Shown one piece after another: positions 39,906-50,990 of a stretch of 64,000 bases of DNA; position 1 is the stretch's first letter, and each line of letters opens with the position of its first letter. The stretch spans positions 192,001 to 256,000 of the forward strand of contig OZ255836.1 in assembly GCA_965277715.1 (NCBI GenBank), in the 5' to 3' direction. The notes beneath the pieces are model-generated. The model saw only the letters and a list, made by a program, of their open reading frames with translations, was not told the origin of the DNA and searched no databases. The position numbers and the translations under genes were made by a program. This DNA is from Gammaproteobacteria bacterium (GTDB lineage: Bacteria; Pseudomonadota; Gammaproteobacteria; JBCCGL01).

Positions 39906-41075
39906 ATGTCTGTAAGAGAATATTTTCACTTGCCCGCGATTGCTGCCGGTTTTGTCTGTGTGCTGGTCGGGTTTACCGGTTCGGCGGTGATTATTTTTCA
40001 AGCCGCGCAGGCGGCAGGGGCGACGACTGGGCAAGTCGGTTCCTGGATGATGGCGCTGGGGTTTGGTATGGGGGTGACGACTATCGGTCTGTCGTTGCGC
40101 TATAAGGCGCCCGTTATTACCGCCTGGTCGACGCCGGGGGCGGCGCTGTTGGTGACTTCGCTGTCGGGTGTTTCTATGGCCGAGGCGGTGGGGGCGTTTT
40201 TGTTTTCTGCGCTATTGATTACGCTCAGTGGAGTGAGCGGGTGGTTTGAGAAGGTGATCGATCGTATTCCTTTGCCGATTGCCGCCGCGATGCTGGCGGG
40301 GATTTTGTTTCGGTTTGGGGCCGATGTGTTTGTTGCAATGGCGTCGCAGTGGCTGCTGGTGCTGGCTATGTTTGTTGTGTATTTGCTGTGTAAACGCAGC
40401 TTGCCACGCTATGCCACTATTGCTGTTTTGGTGGTGGGGGTGTTGCTGAGCGGGGTGCAGGGTTTGTTGGATTTTTCCCATTTGACGTTTGTTATCGCCG
40501 CGCCGGTTTTTGTTGTGCCAGCGTTTTCACTGAGTACGCTGATTGGTGTGGGGGTGCCGCTGTTTGTTGTGACGATGGCGTCGCAGAATATTCCGGGTAT
40601 CGCGGCGTTGCGCACAGCCGGTTATCAAACCCCGTTGTCACCGTTGATTAGCTGGACGGGGATCGCGACGCTGGTGCTCGCGCCGCTGGGTGGGTTTGCG
40701 ATTAATCTGGCTGCGATTACGGCGGCGATTTGCACAGGCCCGGAGGCGCATGAGAACCCGGATAAACGCTATCTCGCGGGGCTTAGCGCTGGTTTTTTCT
40801 ATTTGTTAATGGGTGTTTGCGGCGCGACGGTAGCGGGTTTGTTTGCGGCGTTTCCCAATGCGTTTGTGTTGGCACTGGCCGGGCTGGCTCTGTTAGGGAC
40901 GATTGCGAGTAGTCTGCATACAGCGGTGTCTGAGGTCGGTACGCGTGAGGCGGCGGTAATTACATTTCTGGTCACGGCATCCGGGGTTACGCTGTTGGGT
41001 ATCGGTGCGGCGTTCTGGGGTTTGGTGGCAGGGGTTGTCGCTTTATGGGTTTTTGGATTTAGGCAGGCTGTGTGA
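39906..41075 (+). CDS. BenE-family benzoate/H+ symporter-like transporter
   Basis: AWSTPGAALL, VTMASQNIPG, NLAAITAAIC. Confidence 0.9.
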   Translation: MSVREYFHLPAIAAGFVCVLVGFTGSAVIIFQAAQAAGATTGQVGSWMMALGFGMGVTTIGLSLRYKAPVITAWSTPGAALLVTSLSGVSMAEAVGAFLFSALLITLSGVSGWFEKVIDRIPLPIAAAMLAGILFRFGADVFVAMASQWLLVLAMFVVYLLCKRSLPRYATIAVLVVGVLLSGVQGLLDFSHLTFVIAAPVFVVPAFSLSTLIGVGVPLFVVTMASQNIPGIAALRTAGYQTPLSPLISWTGIATLVLAPLGGFAINLAAITAAICTGPEAHENPDKRYLAGLSAGFFYLLMGVCGATVAGLFAAFPNAFVLALAGLALLGTIASSLHTAVSEVGTREAAVITFLVTASGVTLLGIGAAFWGLVAGVVALWVFGFRQAV

Positions 41076-41148
41076 AAACACTGAACCGTATTATCTGGGT
41101 GCTATCCGGTGATGGTGCGGTTATAACGTTTAGAAAAAGTGGCGCGTA

Positions 41149-41781
41149 ATGAATAAAAAACCTGAAGGTATTTTGCCCCGTGTGAACACGCTGGCTGTTG
41201 GCGATAAGTCTGTCGGTATTTATGATGACTGGGCCAGTTTTTATGAAAGTGACTTACTGGATAAGTATGGGTATGTCTCACCAAAAATAAGTGCGGAGGC
41301 GTTTTATCAGGCGTTACCGGATCCCGCGTTGAAGATCATTGATTACGGGTGTGGCACGGGCCTGGTTGGCCAGGCGATGCAGGCGTTGGGTTATCGTTGT
41401 ATCGATGGCATTGATATTTCTGAAGGGATGTTGGCGCAGGCGCGCAGTAAAAATGTGTATCAGCAGTTGTTTTGTGGTGATTTGACGCAAGCGATCGATT
41501 TGCCCGATGAACACTATGATGGCGGTTTGTGTGTGGGGTCGATGGGGGCGGGGCATATCGATGCCGGGCATGTGCAGAGTCTGCTTCAACCGATTAAAAA
41601 TAGTGGGTTGTTTGTGTTGTATATGAATGATATGCACTATCAATCAGAAGGTTTTGCCGATCAGTTCAAGCAGCTTGAAGCGCGGGGTGTCTGGCGGATT
41701 GAGCGGCAGGAGCGGTCTAATTACATGTCTGAGCTGGATCGGCCTGGGTGGTTGGTGGTGGCGTATAAGTTGGCAGTATAA
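41149..41781 (+). CDS. Class I SAM-dependent methyltransferase
   Basis: YDDWA, IDYGCGTGLVG, GIDISEGML. Confidence 0.88.
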   Translation: MNKKPEGILPRVNTLAVGDKSVGIYDDWASFYESDLLDKYGYVSPKISAEAFYQALPDPALKIIDYGCGTGLVGQAMQALGYRCIDGIDISEGMLAQARSKNVYQQLFCGDLTQAIDLPDEHYDGGLCVGSMGAGHIDAGHVQSLLQPIKNSGLFVLYMNDMHYQSEGFADQFKQLEARGVWRIERQERSNYMSELDRPGWLVVAYKLAV

Positions 41782-42218
41782 TCTCTGTTTTTTTGAACTG
41801 CGTTGTTTTTACTCACCATAGCACCACGATGATTGCGCAAAAACGCCTTGCTCTGCCACGCTTGTGGGCTAACTGAACCCGTCAATATAAGGTAGACGGT
41901 GTACTAAGATATAGCGGCAGCGGAATAAGGTATCGGATGCGCCATTACGGTCAATGAGTGGGGTGATCCGCCCGGCCTGTTTGTGGTCGATGGTTATTCT
42001 GTTTTGTGCTTCGTGTGCAGGCCCTGCTGTCATTCTGGTAGCTAAGCGTGATTTTTGACTGGGGTTTTGCATGGTGATACTCAATAAATTCTGTTCGTAT
42101 TGATTTCAATTCAGGTGTAGCAAGCGGTTTCTATCTTATGCCAGTAAAACGAAGCTTAACTTCGTTTTTATAGAAGTCTAACTTCAATATTCTGTTTGCC
42201 TCACTCCCGGAGAGGCAG

Positions 42219-42434
42219 ATGCAAACAAACTTGAAAACTCAGTTTGGCCTTAGGCTTAAAGTGCTTCGTAAACAGGCGGACTTAACGCAAGATCAGCTTG
42301 CCGAAAGCACAGGCTTGACCGTTGAGTCTATTAGCAATATTGAGCGAGGTGTGTTTGGCCCCAAATTTGATAATTTGGAAAATATCGCGAGGGTGATGAA
42401 CGTTGAGGTAAAAGTGTTATTTGATTTTGAGTAA
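42219..42434 (+). CDS. XRE-family HTH regulator (C-protein-like)
   Basis: FGLRLKVLRKQADLTQDQLAE..ISNIERG; GGAGAGG RBS. Confidence 0.88.
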   Translation: MQTNLKTQFGLRLKVLRKQADLTQDQLAESTGLTVESISNIERGVFGPKFDNLENIARVMNVEVKVLFDFE

Positions 42435-42591
42435 TACAAGCCCGGTGACGGGTATCAAATAAATTAACAGCTAACACCACTCTCTTTTAGGAATTAAAAA
42501 GTGCCTGTCCTTGATAAATTGTCCTTGATAAATTTTGTCGAAGAAAACAAAGGTCTTTACTACAAGGCACTTCTATGAAGAGTAAGTTTCA

Positions 42592-45384
42592 TTGAACGCA
42601 GTTGAAATAGAAGAGGCGATAACCAATTTATCCGAGCAAAATTTTGACCCGGAGGCTTTTCCTTACGCTTTTTTAGAGGCATTTGGCAATAAAGCCACCA
42701 CAATAAAACGGCTTAAAACTGGCTCCTCGAATGCGTCAGATATTAAGGGTGGCGTTTTACAGCGGAATAATATCCACCTTTCGGTCTGTCCCGAAGGTTG
42801 TGTAACGGAGACCTTGAGTAAACTCAAAGCCAGTTCTGAAACCAGCAAGAAAAAAGTTAAATTTGTGCTGGCAACTGACGGCATTGATCTGGAAGCGGAA
42901 GATCTCATATCGGGTGAAACGGTTGCGTGTGCCTACAAAAATTTTCCCGATCACTTCGGTTTTTTCTTGCCATTGGCGGGTATCACCACCGTTAAGCAAA
43001 TCCGCAATAACCCAATTGATATTCAGGCAACCAGCCGCTTAAACCGCCTCTATATTGAATTGTTGAGTACTAACGAGGAGTGGGCTACCAACGAACGTCG
43101 TCACGATATGAACCAGTTGATGACGCGCCTGATATTCTGCTTTTTTGCGGAAGACACTGATATCTTTCTCGGCGACAATCTGTTTACCGCAACCATTGAG
43201 CAGATGACGGACAGTCGTTCTGGCAACACGGGTTTTGTATTGGGTGAAATCTTTCGAGCTATGGATACACATCCCGATAAGCGGGCGGAAGCCAATTTGC
43301 CACGATGGGCTGATGCGTTTCCGTATGTAAACGGCGGGCTTTTTTCTGGCTGTAAAGAGGCGCCCAAATTCAGCCGGATTGCGCGCTCATACTTGCTACA
43401 TGCTGGTAGCCTGAATTGGAAAGAGATTAACCCCGATATTTTCGGCTCAATGATTCAGGCGATTGCCGACGAAGACGAACGCGGCGAACTGGGTATGCAC
43501 TACACCAGCGTGCCCAATATTCTTAAGGTGCTTAATCCTTTGTTTTTGGATGATCTGCGTGAGCAGTTAAAGCTGGCGGGGGATAGCGCCCGTAAGCTGC
43601 TCAATTTACGCAAACGCCTTTCCAATATTCGCGTGTTTGACCCGGCTTGTGGTTCGGGCAACTTTTTAGTGATTGCCTATAAAGAAATGCGCGCTATTGA
43701 AAACGAGATTAATCAAAGGCGAAAGGATGGCCATCAAAAAACAGCGATTCCGTTAACGAATTTTCGCGGCATAGAGCTTAGAGACTTTCCGGCCGAAATA
43801 GCCCGATTGGCATTGATTATCGCCGAATACCAGTGTGACGTGCGCTACCTTGGCCAAAAAGATGCCTTAGCCGAATTTCTGCCACTGAATGCTGTGAACT
43901 GGATTACTTGTGGCAATGCTTTGCGCCTGGATTGGCTGTCTATTTGTCCGCCAACAGGGAAAGCGGTGAAGCTGATGGCAGAGGATTTGTTGGAAATGCC
44001 GCTGGATCAAGTCGATATTGATTTTAAAAATGAAGGAGGGGAAACTTATATTTGTGGTAATCCTCCTTATCTAGGCAGTACTTGGCAGTCTAAGGAACAA
44101 AAAGCTGACTTGGAAAAGATATTTGGACATCGTACTAAAAGTTGGAAGTCGCTGGACTATGTTGCGGGCTGGTTTATGAAAGCCGCTGACTACGGAAAAT
44201 ATACCAACTCAGTTAGTGCTTTTGTTAGCACTAACTCTATTTGCCAAGGGCAGCAAGTTCCTATTCTCTGGCCATTAATTTTTAAAACAGATCATGAAAT
44301 CAGCTTTGCATATACATCTTTTAAATGGGCAAATCTTGCTAACCATAATGCAGGAGTAACTGTAGTGATTGTTGGCATTGCAAATCAGGCTAACAAGGTA
44401 CGGCGTTTATTTTCTACAGATGAAAATGGTCAGACTATTGAAAAGAAAGCAGGCAACATTAATGCTTATTTAGTCGTAGGGGCTAATGTCGAAGTAATAA
44501 AATTAGCTAGCCCCATAAGTATAGTAGGCACAATGGATCGAGGTAATGGCGCTACAGATGGCGGGAATTTGCTTTTAGATAAAATGTCTCTTCATGCTAT
44601 GAATTTAACTCTAAAACGACAAAATAATTTTATACGTCCGTTTTATGGTTCTGCTGAGTATATAAGAGGTCTACAACGATTTTGTCTATGGATTAGCGAT
44701 GAAGATGCTGAAGAATCCAAGAAAATAGAACCTATCAATGAACGAATAGCAGCAGTTAAAACAATGAGACTCGCGAGCAAAAAAGAAGCGACTCGTAAAG
44801 GCGCAGTTTATCCTCATCGTTTTGATGAAAAAAGGCAGATAGGAGATGAAACAGTTTTAATAATACCTCGTGTGTCATCTGAAACCAGAGAGTACCTTCC
44901 GGTTGGATTTTTACCCCCCGAATCAATTGTTAGCGATAGTGCCTTTGCCCTATATGATTCGCCACTTTGGAATATGGCTCTAATTGCATCAAAACTTCAT
45001 ATAGTTTGGATTGCGACGGTATGCGGCAAGTTAAAAACAGATTATCGTTATTCAAATACTATGGGCTGGAATACTTTTCCAGTCCCCAAACTAACTGAAA
45101 AAAATAAAAAAGACCTAACTCGCTGCGCAGAGGATATTCTCCTTACACGTGAAGCACACTTCCCCGCCACCATTGCCGATCTTTACGATCCAAAAAACAT
45201 GCCCGCAGACCTACGACATGCACACGACCGTAATGACGAAGTGCTGGAACGCATATATATCGGGCGACGATTTAAAAACGACACCGAACGCCTTGAAAAA
45301 CTCTTTGATCTTTACGCCAAGATGACGGCCACCACACATACAACAGTGAATAAAACCCGTAAAACCAACAAGAAGGTATCCTGA
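42592..45384 (+). CDS. MmeI-like N6-adenine DNA methyltransferase (YeeA/DnmA-like)
   Basis: FPYVNGGLF, GMHYTS, DPACGSGNF (motif I), GNPPY (motif IV), C-terminal TRD with YRYSNT. Confidence 0.9.
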   Translation: MNAVEIEEAITNLSEQNFDPEAFPYAFLEAFGNKATTIKRLKTGSSNASDIKGGVLQRNNIHLSVCPEGCVTETLSKLKASSETSKKKVKFVLATDGIDLEAEDLISGETVACAYKNFPDHFGFFLPLAGITTVKQIRNNPIDIQATSRLNRLYIELLSTNEEWATNERRHDMNQLMTRLIFCFFAEDTDIFLGDNLFTATIEQMTDSRSGNTGFVLGEIFRAMDTHPDKRAEANLPRWADAFPYVNGGLFSGCKEAPKFSRIARSYLLHAGSLNWKEINPDIFGSMIQAIADEDERGELGMHYTSVPNILKVLNPLFLDDLREQLKLAGDSARKLLNLRKRLSNIRVFDPACGSGNFLVIAYKEMRAIENEINQRRKDGHQKTAIPLTNFRGIELRDFPAEIARLALIIAEYQCDVRYLGQKDALAEFLPLNAVNWITCGNALRLDWLSICPPTGKAVKLMAEDLLEMPLDQVDIDFKNEGGETYICGNPPYLGSTWQSKEQKADLEKIFGHRTKSWKSLDYVAGWFMKAADYGKYTNSVSAFVSTNSICQGQQVPILWPLIFKTDHEISFAYTSFKWANLANHNAGVTVVIVGIANQANKVRRLFSTDENGQTIEKKAGNINAYLVVGANVEVIKLASPISIVGTMDRGNGATDGGNLLLDKMSLHAMNLTLKRQNNFIRPFYGSAEYIRGLQRFCLWISDEDAEESKKIEPINERIAAVKTMRLASKKEATRKGAVYPHRFDEKRQIGDETVLIIPRVSSETREYLPVGFLPPESIVSDSAFALYDSPLWNMALIASKLHIVWIATVCGKLKTDYRYSNTMGWNTFPVPKLTEKNKKDLTRCAEDILLTREAHFPATIADLYDPKNMPADLRHAHDRNDEVLERIYIGRRFKNDTERLEKLFDLYAKMTATTHTTVNKTRKTNKKVS

Positions 45385-47435
45385 TGACGGCGCATAAAGC
45401 TATCCCCTCAGTTTCCGTTAAATACGCCTGCAACGGCAGCTCAAAAAAATCTAATGAGCTGGGTATGCGCGTTATGCAGGAGCGCGCCTTTGAAAAGCGC
45501 GGCGAACAATACTTACTGATTAAATCGCCGCCTGCATCGGGTAAAAGTCGCGCTTTAATGTTTATCGCGCTGGATAAACTGCACCATCAAAATTTAACAA
45601 AAGCCATTATCGTAGTACCTGAAAAATCCATTGGCTCCAGTTTTAATAATGAGCCATTAACTGAAAACGGATTCTATTGGGATTGGGCGGTTGTACCAAA
45701 ATGGAACTTATGCAACGCCCCCGGCGAAGAGGGTGGCAAGGTTAATACTGTAAAAAACTTTCTTGATAGTGATGACCGCATTCTGGTTTGCACCCATGCT
45801 ACCTTTCGCTTTGCCGTAGATCGCTATGGTGTCGGTGTATTTGATAATTGCCTGGTTGCTATTGATGAATTTCACCACGTTAGCGCTAACCCCGATAACA
45901 AACTGGGTGCCCAACTCGGTCAGTTTTTGGTGCGCGATAAAGCGCATATTGTGGCAATGACGGGTTCTTATTTTAGAGGGGACGCCGAGGCCGTCCTTGC
46001 CCCGCACGATGAGGCGAGTTTTGATACCGTCACTTATACCTACTATGAGCAATTAAATGGCTACGAGTACCTTAAAACGCTGGATATCGGTTATTACTTT
46101 TATTCCGGCAACTATACAGATGAAATTCTGAGTGTTCTTAACCCCCATGAAAAAACGATTATTCATATTCCCAATGTAAACTCACGGGAAAGTAGTAAAG
46201 ACAAGATTAAAGAAGTCGAACATATTATCGAAGAACTAGGTAGCTGGAATGGCATCGATGCCGATACGGGGTTTCACTTGGTCAAAACCAGTGCAGGCAA
46301 ATTAATCAAAATAGCGGATTTAGTGGATGACGACCCCGCTAAACGCGATAAGGTTTCGGCGGCTTTAAAACGCCCCGAGGCAAAAAATGATCGCGGCCAT
46401 GTCGATATTATTATCGCCCTTGGCATGGCCAAAGAAGGCTTTGACTGGATTTGGTGTGAGCACGCCTTGACGATTGGCTATCGTTCCAGTCTCACCGAGA
46501 TCATTCAGATTATTGGCCGTGCCACCCGCGACGCCGAGGGAAAGACACACGCACGCTTTACCAATCTTATAGCAGAACCGGACGCCGCAGAAGAAGCGGT
46601 GACCGATGCCGTGAATGACACATTAAAGGCGATAGCAGCCAGCTTATTGATGGAGCAGGTGCTGGCACCCAAATTCAACTTTACACCCAAGGATAACCAG
46701 AACGGCCCTATGGCGGGTTATGGCTACGGTGATAATGGTTATAACCCTGATGGCAGCAATGTTGGCTTTAATGAGCCAACTGGTCAGCTCCAGATGGAAA
46801 TAAAAGGCCTCGCTGAGCCAAAGAGCGAAGATGCGCGGCGCATCTGTCAGGAAGACTTAAATGAAGTGATTACCGCCTTTGTTCAGGATAAGACTTCGCT
46901 TGAACGCGGCCTGTTCGATGAGGAAATGATTCCTGAAGAATTAACGCAGGTTCGGATGGGTAAAATTGTAAAAGATAAATACCCGGAACTGGACGAGGAA
47001 GATTGTGAAGCGGTCAGACAGCACGCTATTGCCGCACTTAACCTGACTCAGAAAGCGAAAGAAATGGTTAACCAAAGCGATCAGACAGAGCAAGGAAGCA
47101 GTACCGCTTTTATCGATGGTGTCAGAAAGTTTGCGATGAATGTACGCGACCTTGATATTGACCTGATTGATCGTATTAATCCATTTAAACAGGCATACGC
47201 GATTCTCGCCAAATCCATGAGTGAAGAAAGCCTCAAACAAGTGGCTATGGTCATCAACGCGAAAAAGCTATCACTCACTGAGGATGAGGCCAGAGAGCTA
47301 ACTTCGCGTGCGATCAAATTTAAGAAAGAGTGCGGACGCCTGCCCGAATTGACCTCTCCTGATCCTTGGGAGAAACGCATGGCTGAAGGTATCGCTTTCC
47401 TTCAGCGTAAAGTCGCGGAGGAAAGCAATGACTGA
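45384..47435 (+). CDS. SF2 helicase/ATPase (YeeB-like)
   Basis: SPPASGKS Walker A, DEFH, MTGS, QIIGRATR; start overlaps the MTase stop. Confidence 0.88.
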   Translation: MTAHKAIPSVSVKYACNGSSKKSNELGMRVMQERAFEKRGEQYLLIKSPPASGKSRALMFIALDKLHHQNLTKAIIVVPEKSIGSSFNNEPLTENGFYWDWAVVPKWNLCNAPGEEGGKVNTVKNFLDSDDRILVCTHATFRFAVDRYGVGVFDNCLVAIDEFHHVSANPDNKLGAQLGQFLVRDKAHIVAMTGSYFRGDAEAVLAPHDEASFDTVTYTYYEQLNGYEYLKTLDIGYYFYSGNYTDEILSVLNPHEKTIIHIPNVNSRESSKDKIKEVEHIIEELGSWNGIDADTGFHLVKTSAGKLIKIADLVDDDPAKRDKVSAALKRPEAKNDRGHVDIIIALGMAKEGFDWIWCEHALTIGYRSSLTEIIQIIGRATRDAEGKTHARFTNLIAEPDAAEEAVTDAVNDTLKAIAASLLMEQVLAPKFNFTPKDNQNGPMAGYGYGDNGYNPDGSNVGFNEPTGQLQMEIKGLAEPKSEDARRICQEDLNEVITAFVQDKTSLERGLFDEEMIPEELTQVRMGKIVKDKYPELDEEDCEAVRQHAIAALNLTQKAKEMVNQSDQTEQGSSTAFIDGVRKFAMNVRDLDIDLIDRINPFKQAYAILAKSMSEESLKQVAMVINAKKLSLTEDEARELTSRAIKFKKECGRLPELTSPDPWEKRMAEGIAFLQRKVAEESND

Positions 47436-48615
47436 GAAGTCAAACAAAGCATTGCTTGAGGAATTGGGCGTTGGTTCAGTTCCTACCAAAAAGAAGACCC
47501 GTTCACCACGCGAAGAACGCGTTATAGCAGGGTTTGAGGAAATCCAACGTTTTATCGAAGAGCACGGCCGTCTCCCGATGCACGGTGAAGATAAGGATAT
47601 ATTTGAACGGTTGTATGCCATGCGTCTGGATAAAATCCTTTCGCAAGAAGAGTATAGAAGCCTTGTTGCGGATATTGATAAGCAAGGGCTACTGAAAGAT
47701 TGGTCACGCATAGCAGAGCCGCAAGCAGAATATCGTAGTGACAAAGAGCTACTTACCGAGCTTGGTATTAATGCGCCAAAAGAAGGTGAAATTACGTTTT
47801 TAAAACATGTTAAACCGCGTGTGGAAGTAAGAGCAGCGGAGGAAATAGGCAGTAGAATACCGTGCGAGAATTTTGACGGTTTTAAACCCATTTTTGATGC
47901 TGTTCAAGAAGAGTTGAAAAGTGGTGTACGCATAACACGCCCCTTTAGAGATAATGCCGAAATCCGACAGGGAGATCTTTTTATATTATCCGGGCAGAAG
48001 GCCTATGTGGCTGAGGTAGGTGAAGAATTTGTTACCGAGTACGACCGCAAAGACAGCCGCCTGCGCGTTATTTACGACAATGGAACCGAAAGCGATATTT
48101 TATTACGCTCTTTGCAAAGAGCACTTAATAAGGACAAAGCGGGACGAAGAATAACCGATAAATCACTTGGCCCACTATTCTCAGGTGACGCTGCTAATGA
48201 AGATTTGGCGAGTGGTACAGTCTATGTTTTACGAAGTAAATCGGAACACCCAACAATACGGGAAAACAGAGCGATTATTCATAAACTGGGGGTTACGGGT
48301 GGAAGCGTGGAAAAGCGCATTGCCAATGCAAAACTGGATCCAACGTATTTAATGGCTGAGGTCGAAGTCGTGGCAACTTACGAACTTTACAATATCAATC
48401 GAACTAAGCTTGAGCATATCTTTCACCGATTCTTTGAACAGGCCAAACTTGATATAAAAATCCATGACCGTTTTGGCACCCTGGTAACACCAAGAGAGTG
48501 GTTTTTGGTTCCTTTGTTTGTTGTCGATGAAGTCGTTGAAAAGATTAAGGACGGCACTATCGGTCAATACTCTTATGCCATGGAGTCAGCCAAGCTGATT
48601 TTGAATCAACACTAA
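47428..48615 (+). CDS. GIY-YIG (T5orf172) nuclease (YeeC-like)
   Basis: GTVYVLRS..HKLGVTGGSVEKRI..LEHIFHRFF..PREWF. Confidence 0.85.
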   Translation: MTEKSNKALLEELGVGSVPTKKKTRSPREERVIAGFEEIQRFIEEHGRLPMHGEDKDIFERLYAMRLDKILSQEEYRSLVADIDKQGLLKDWSRIAEPQAEYRSDKELLTELGINAPKEGEITFLKHVKPRVEVRAAEEIGSRIPCENFDGFKPIFDAVQEELKSGVRITRPFRDNAEIRQGDLFILSGQKAYVAEVGEEFVTEYDRKDSRLRVIYDNGTESDILLRSLQRALNKDKAGRRITDKSLGPLFSGDAANEDLASGTVYVLRSKSEHPTIRENRAIIHKLGVTGGSVEKRIANAKLDPTYLMAEVEVVATYELYNINRTKLEHIFHRFFEQAKLDIKIHDRFGTLVTPREWFLVPLFVVDEVVEKIKDGTIGQYSYAMESAKLILNQH

Positions 48616-48713
48616 GTTAGAGGGCAGACACTACCTGCTATAAAACCGTCCAGTTGCTTGCCTTGTTGGGCTGGGCTACATTGCGTAATAATATTAGTTA
48701 TAACTTATTTGCA

Positions 48714-48764
48714 GGCCAAATCGGCTTTCCGGCAGTAGAGCCGCCCTGAATCTGACAGGCTTCT
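48714..48764. repeat. Solo MITE-like end at the right edge of the yeeABC-like block
   Basis: GGCCAAATCGGCTTTCCGGCAGTAGAGCCGCCCTGAATCTGACAGGCTTCT, similar to 15086-15132. Confidence 0.7.
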
Positions 48765-48766
48765 AA

Positions 48767-49765
48767 TTACAATTGCGCTATCTTTTTCAGCAGCTCTGCG
48801 TTTATCGCCCGCGTCGCTGTCGATAAACGATTATTATGACGACGAGCACCCGGCAGGCGAGCGCCATCGAGTGATTCAAATTGTTCAAAAAAGGCTTCGC
48901 AGTGTTGTTGCCAACCCTCTCCCGCAATAATTTCAGGCGATAGAGCAAACATAAAGTGCCCGCCTCGCGGTGGCCCGCCGTCTTTATTGTCGGCTTCATT
49001 GGCCTCAAAGCTGAAGCGCTCACCCATTGCCCCGGCCGCCAATAGTTCGACCATCATTGCAATTGCTGAGCCTTTGTGACCACCAAACGGCAGTAAGACG
49101 CCCTCGATAATTTTAGCGGGATCGCTGGTGTCATTGCCATTGGCATCCAGCCCGGTGCCCAGCGGGACACTGTGCCCATCCCTCGCCGCCACCATGACCT
49201 CACCCATCGACATAGCGGCAGTGGCCATATCAAAAACAAACGGTGACTTTCCAGACCTGGGCCATGCAAATGCAATCGGGTTGGTGCCAAACAATGGCTC
49301 CGCTGCACCAAACGGCGCCACAGCAGGCATGTAACAAACGCAGGCGAAGCCAACCAATCCGTGCCCTGCCAAAGCTTCTACTTCGGGCCACAGGGCTGCA
49401 AAATGGTGGGTATGCGTTGTCGTCATTACGGCTATCCCCAGTTTTTTGGCCGACTCAACGAGTAGCGGAATCCCCCGCTCCAGGGCGAGCGGCGCGTAGC
49501 CGTTATCCCCGTGGACGCTGATAATCGCCGGTGTTTTGTTCGACGTTCGAGGCGCAGCCGCACCATTTACCTTGCCGCTCCGCAGTGATGCCACATACCC
49601 GGGAATGCGAAAAAGGCCATGCGAGACTGAGCCATCGCGCTCGGCCGAGACAATCGTGCGCGTCAAGGCGTCAATATTGGCTTGATCGCAACCATTGCGG
49701 GAAAAAACCGCACGACAAACTGCTTCGATTTCATCCAGAGACATTTCTACGGTATTCATAAACAC
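48767..49765 (-). CDS. Ldh_2 family NAD(P)-dependent oxidoreductase
   Basis: DGSVSHGLFRI, HHFAALWPEVE, FGTNPIAF, LPFGGHKGS, RLPG. Confidence 0.88.
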   Translation of the reverse strand: MFMNTVEMSLDEIEAVCRAVFSRNGCDQANIDALTRTIVSAERDGSVSHGLFRIPGYVASLRSGKVNGAAAPRTSNKTPAIISVHGDNGYAPLALERGIPLLVESAKKLGIAVMTTTHTHHFAALWPEVEALAGHGLVGFACVCYMPAVAPFGAAEPLFGTNPIAFAWPRSGKSPFVFDMATAAMSMGEVMVAARDGHSVPLGTGLDANGNDTSDPAKIIEGVLLPFGGHKGSAIAMMVELLAAGAMGERFSFEANEADNKDGGPPRGGHFMFALSPEIIAGEGWQQHCEAFFEQFESLDGARLPGARRHNNRLSTATRAINAELLKKIAQL

Positions 49766-50584
49766 ACCACCCCATAACGAAAATTAAAATGATTATTCAC
49801 TGCTATGCCATCTGCCTGGAATATATTGCCTTACTTGGATGGGTAATACACCACGACATCGCCGTCGGTGGTAATGCCGAAACTGTTTAGCTGGCGGTTG
49901 ACGTAATTAAGAAAGAGGAAAGGGCAGGCATTATATACCAGGAGTTCAATCAAAAATTAAACCCGTAGCCCATATATAAATTCAACTGTAAGTTCAACCA
50001 GGCGTTCATGCCTGTCCCAGGAACTCCAGGGGCTATGTTCCACTGGATAGCAATGCACCCAGTCTGTTAGCTTGGGGTATTCTATTTTTTAAACTTGAAC
50101 TATCAATTGTAGTGCAGTTGTCCTGATACCAGGAGCGTAATGAAATTCACGTCCCAGAAACTTTGTTGGTAGCGTTTCATTACCAATTGCATATTGTTGT
50201 TAACATTAAATCCATGTGCATGTTTGACACTTGATAACTTTGCACCGGTATTGGTTTTTTCTGCCAGCTTGGAAACGCGAGTGGGTTCAGGAAGGTCGAG
50301 ATACAAACCAATAGCCTGGCTGTTTCCTCGCAGCGGAGAAACACCGCGAATATAACGCGCTGCATCAATCCAGGTAAAATTGATAACAGCTTCATTAAAA
50401 GGGTTTTAGTTTTTCCAAAAATGCCTAATTAAAATCATCAATAAGAAGTGTAGTTCACCAAAGAAGATATTTCTGAGAATAGAGCGTAATCTTTGGTGAT
50501 ATTTTTCACGATAGTATTAAAGCATTAGCAAATGTAATGCCAGGGAAATATATTTTTTATCAGAATCGAATGGTGAAATAACTT

Positions 50585-50631
50585 AAATCGGTCTTTCCCT
50601 CGCTACGAGTGTCTAAACCCGACAGGCTCCT
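50585..50631. repeat. Solo MITE-like end
   Basis: AAATCGGTCTTTCCCTCGCTACGAGTGTCTAAACCCGACAGGCTCCT. Confidence 0.72.
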
Positions 50632-50696
50632 GGTTTTTTTGGCGGTCAATGCAATTAAAATAAAACCGCTGCCCTCTCCCCTACCAGCACCCGTTC

Positions 50697-50990
50697 TCAC
50701 AGGGGTGTCCAATAAATCCACTTATGCTCCCCGGCATTGGTAAATACCTGATTTTCCGGTAATTGCGCCGCCAACTGCCCGGCGGGCGCGGCTATCCTGT
50801 CCTGTTTTCCATAAGCCAGAATAATAGGGTGTTTATATTTGCCGGGGGTGAGAAATGCATCAATCCAAAACCACGGTTGTTGATCGATATCCGGCTTGCC
50901 ATCAAATGTTTCAACCCAGCCGCGAATCCCCCCGTGGTGGCGAATTTCCTCTATTGCATCGGCGTCTCCCAGATACGGGGCAAACAGCAC
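50697..50990 (-). pseudogene. C-terminal fragment of an alpha/beta-hydrolase-like protein
   Basis: LFAPYLG..LAYGKQDR..GEHKW; nucleophile region absent. Confidence 0.5.

Noticed and set aside
42507-42535. 14-bp tandem duplication (GTCCTTGATAAATT x2) upstream of the MTase as a C-box operator
   Set aside because: It is a direct duplication downstream of the XRE gene, not an inverted repeat upstream of it; no supportable function.
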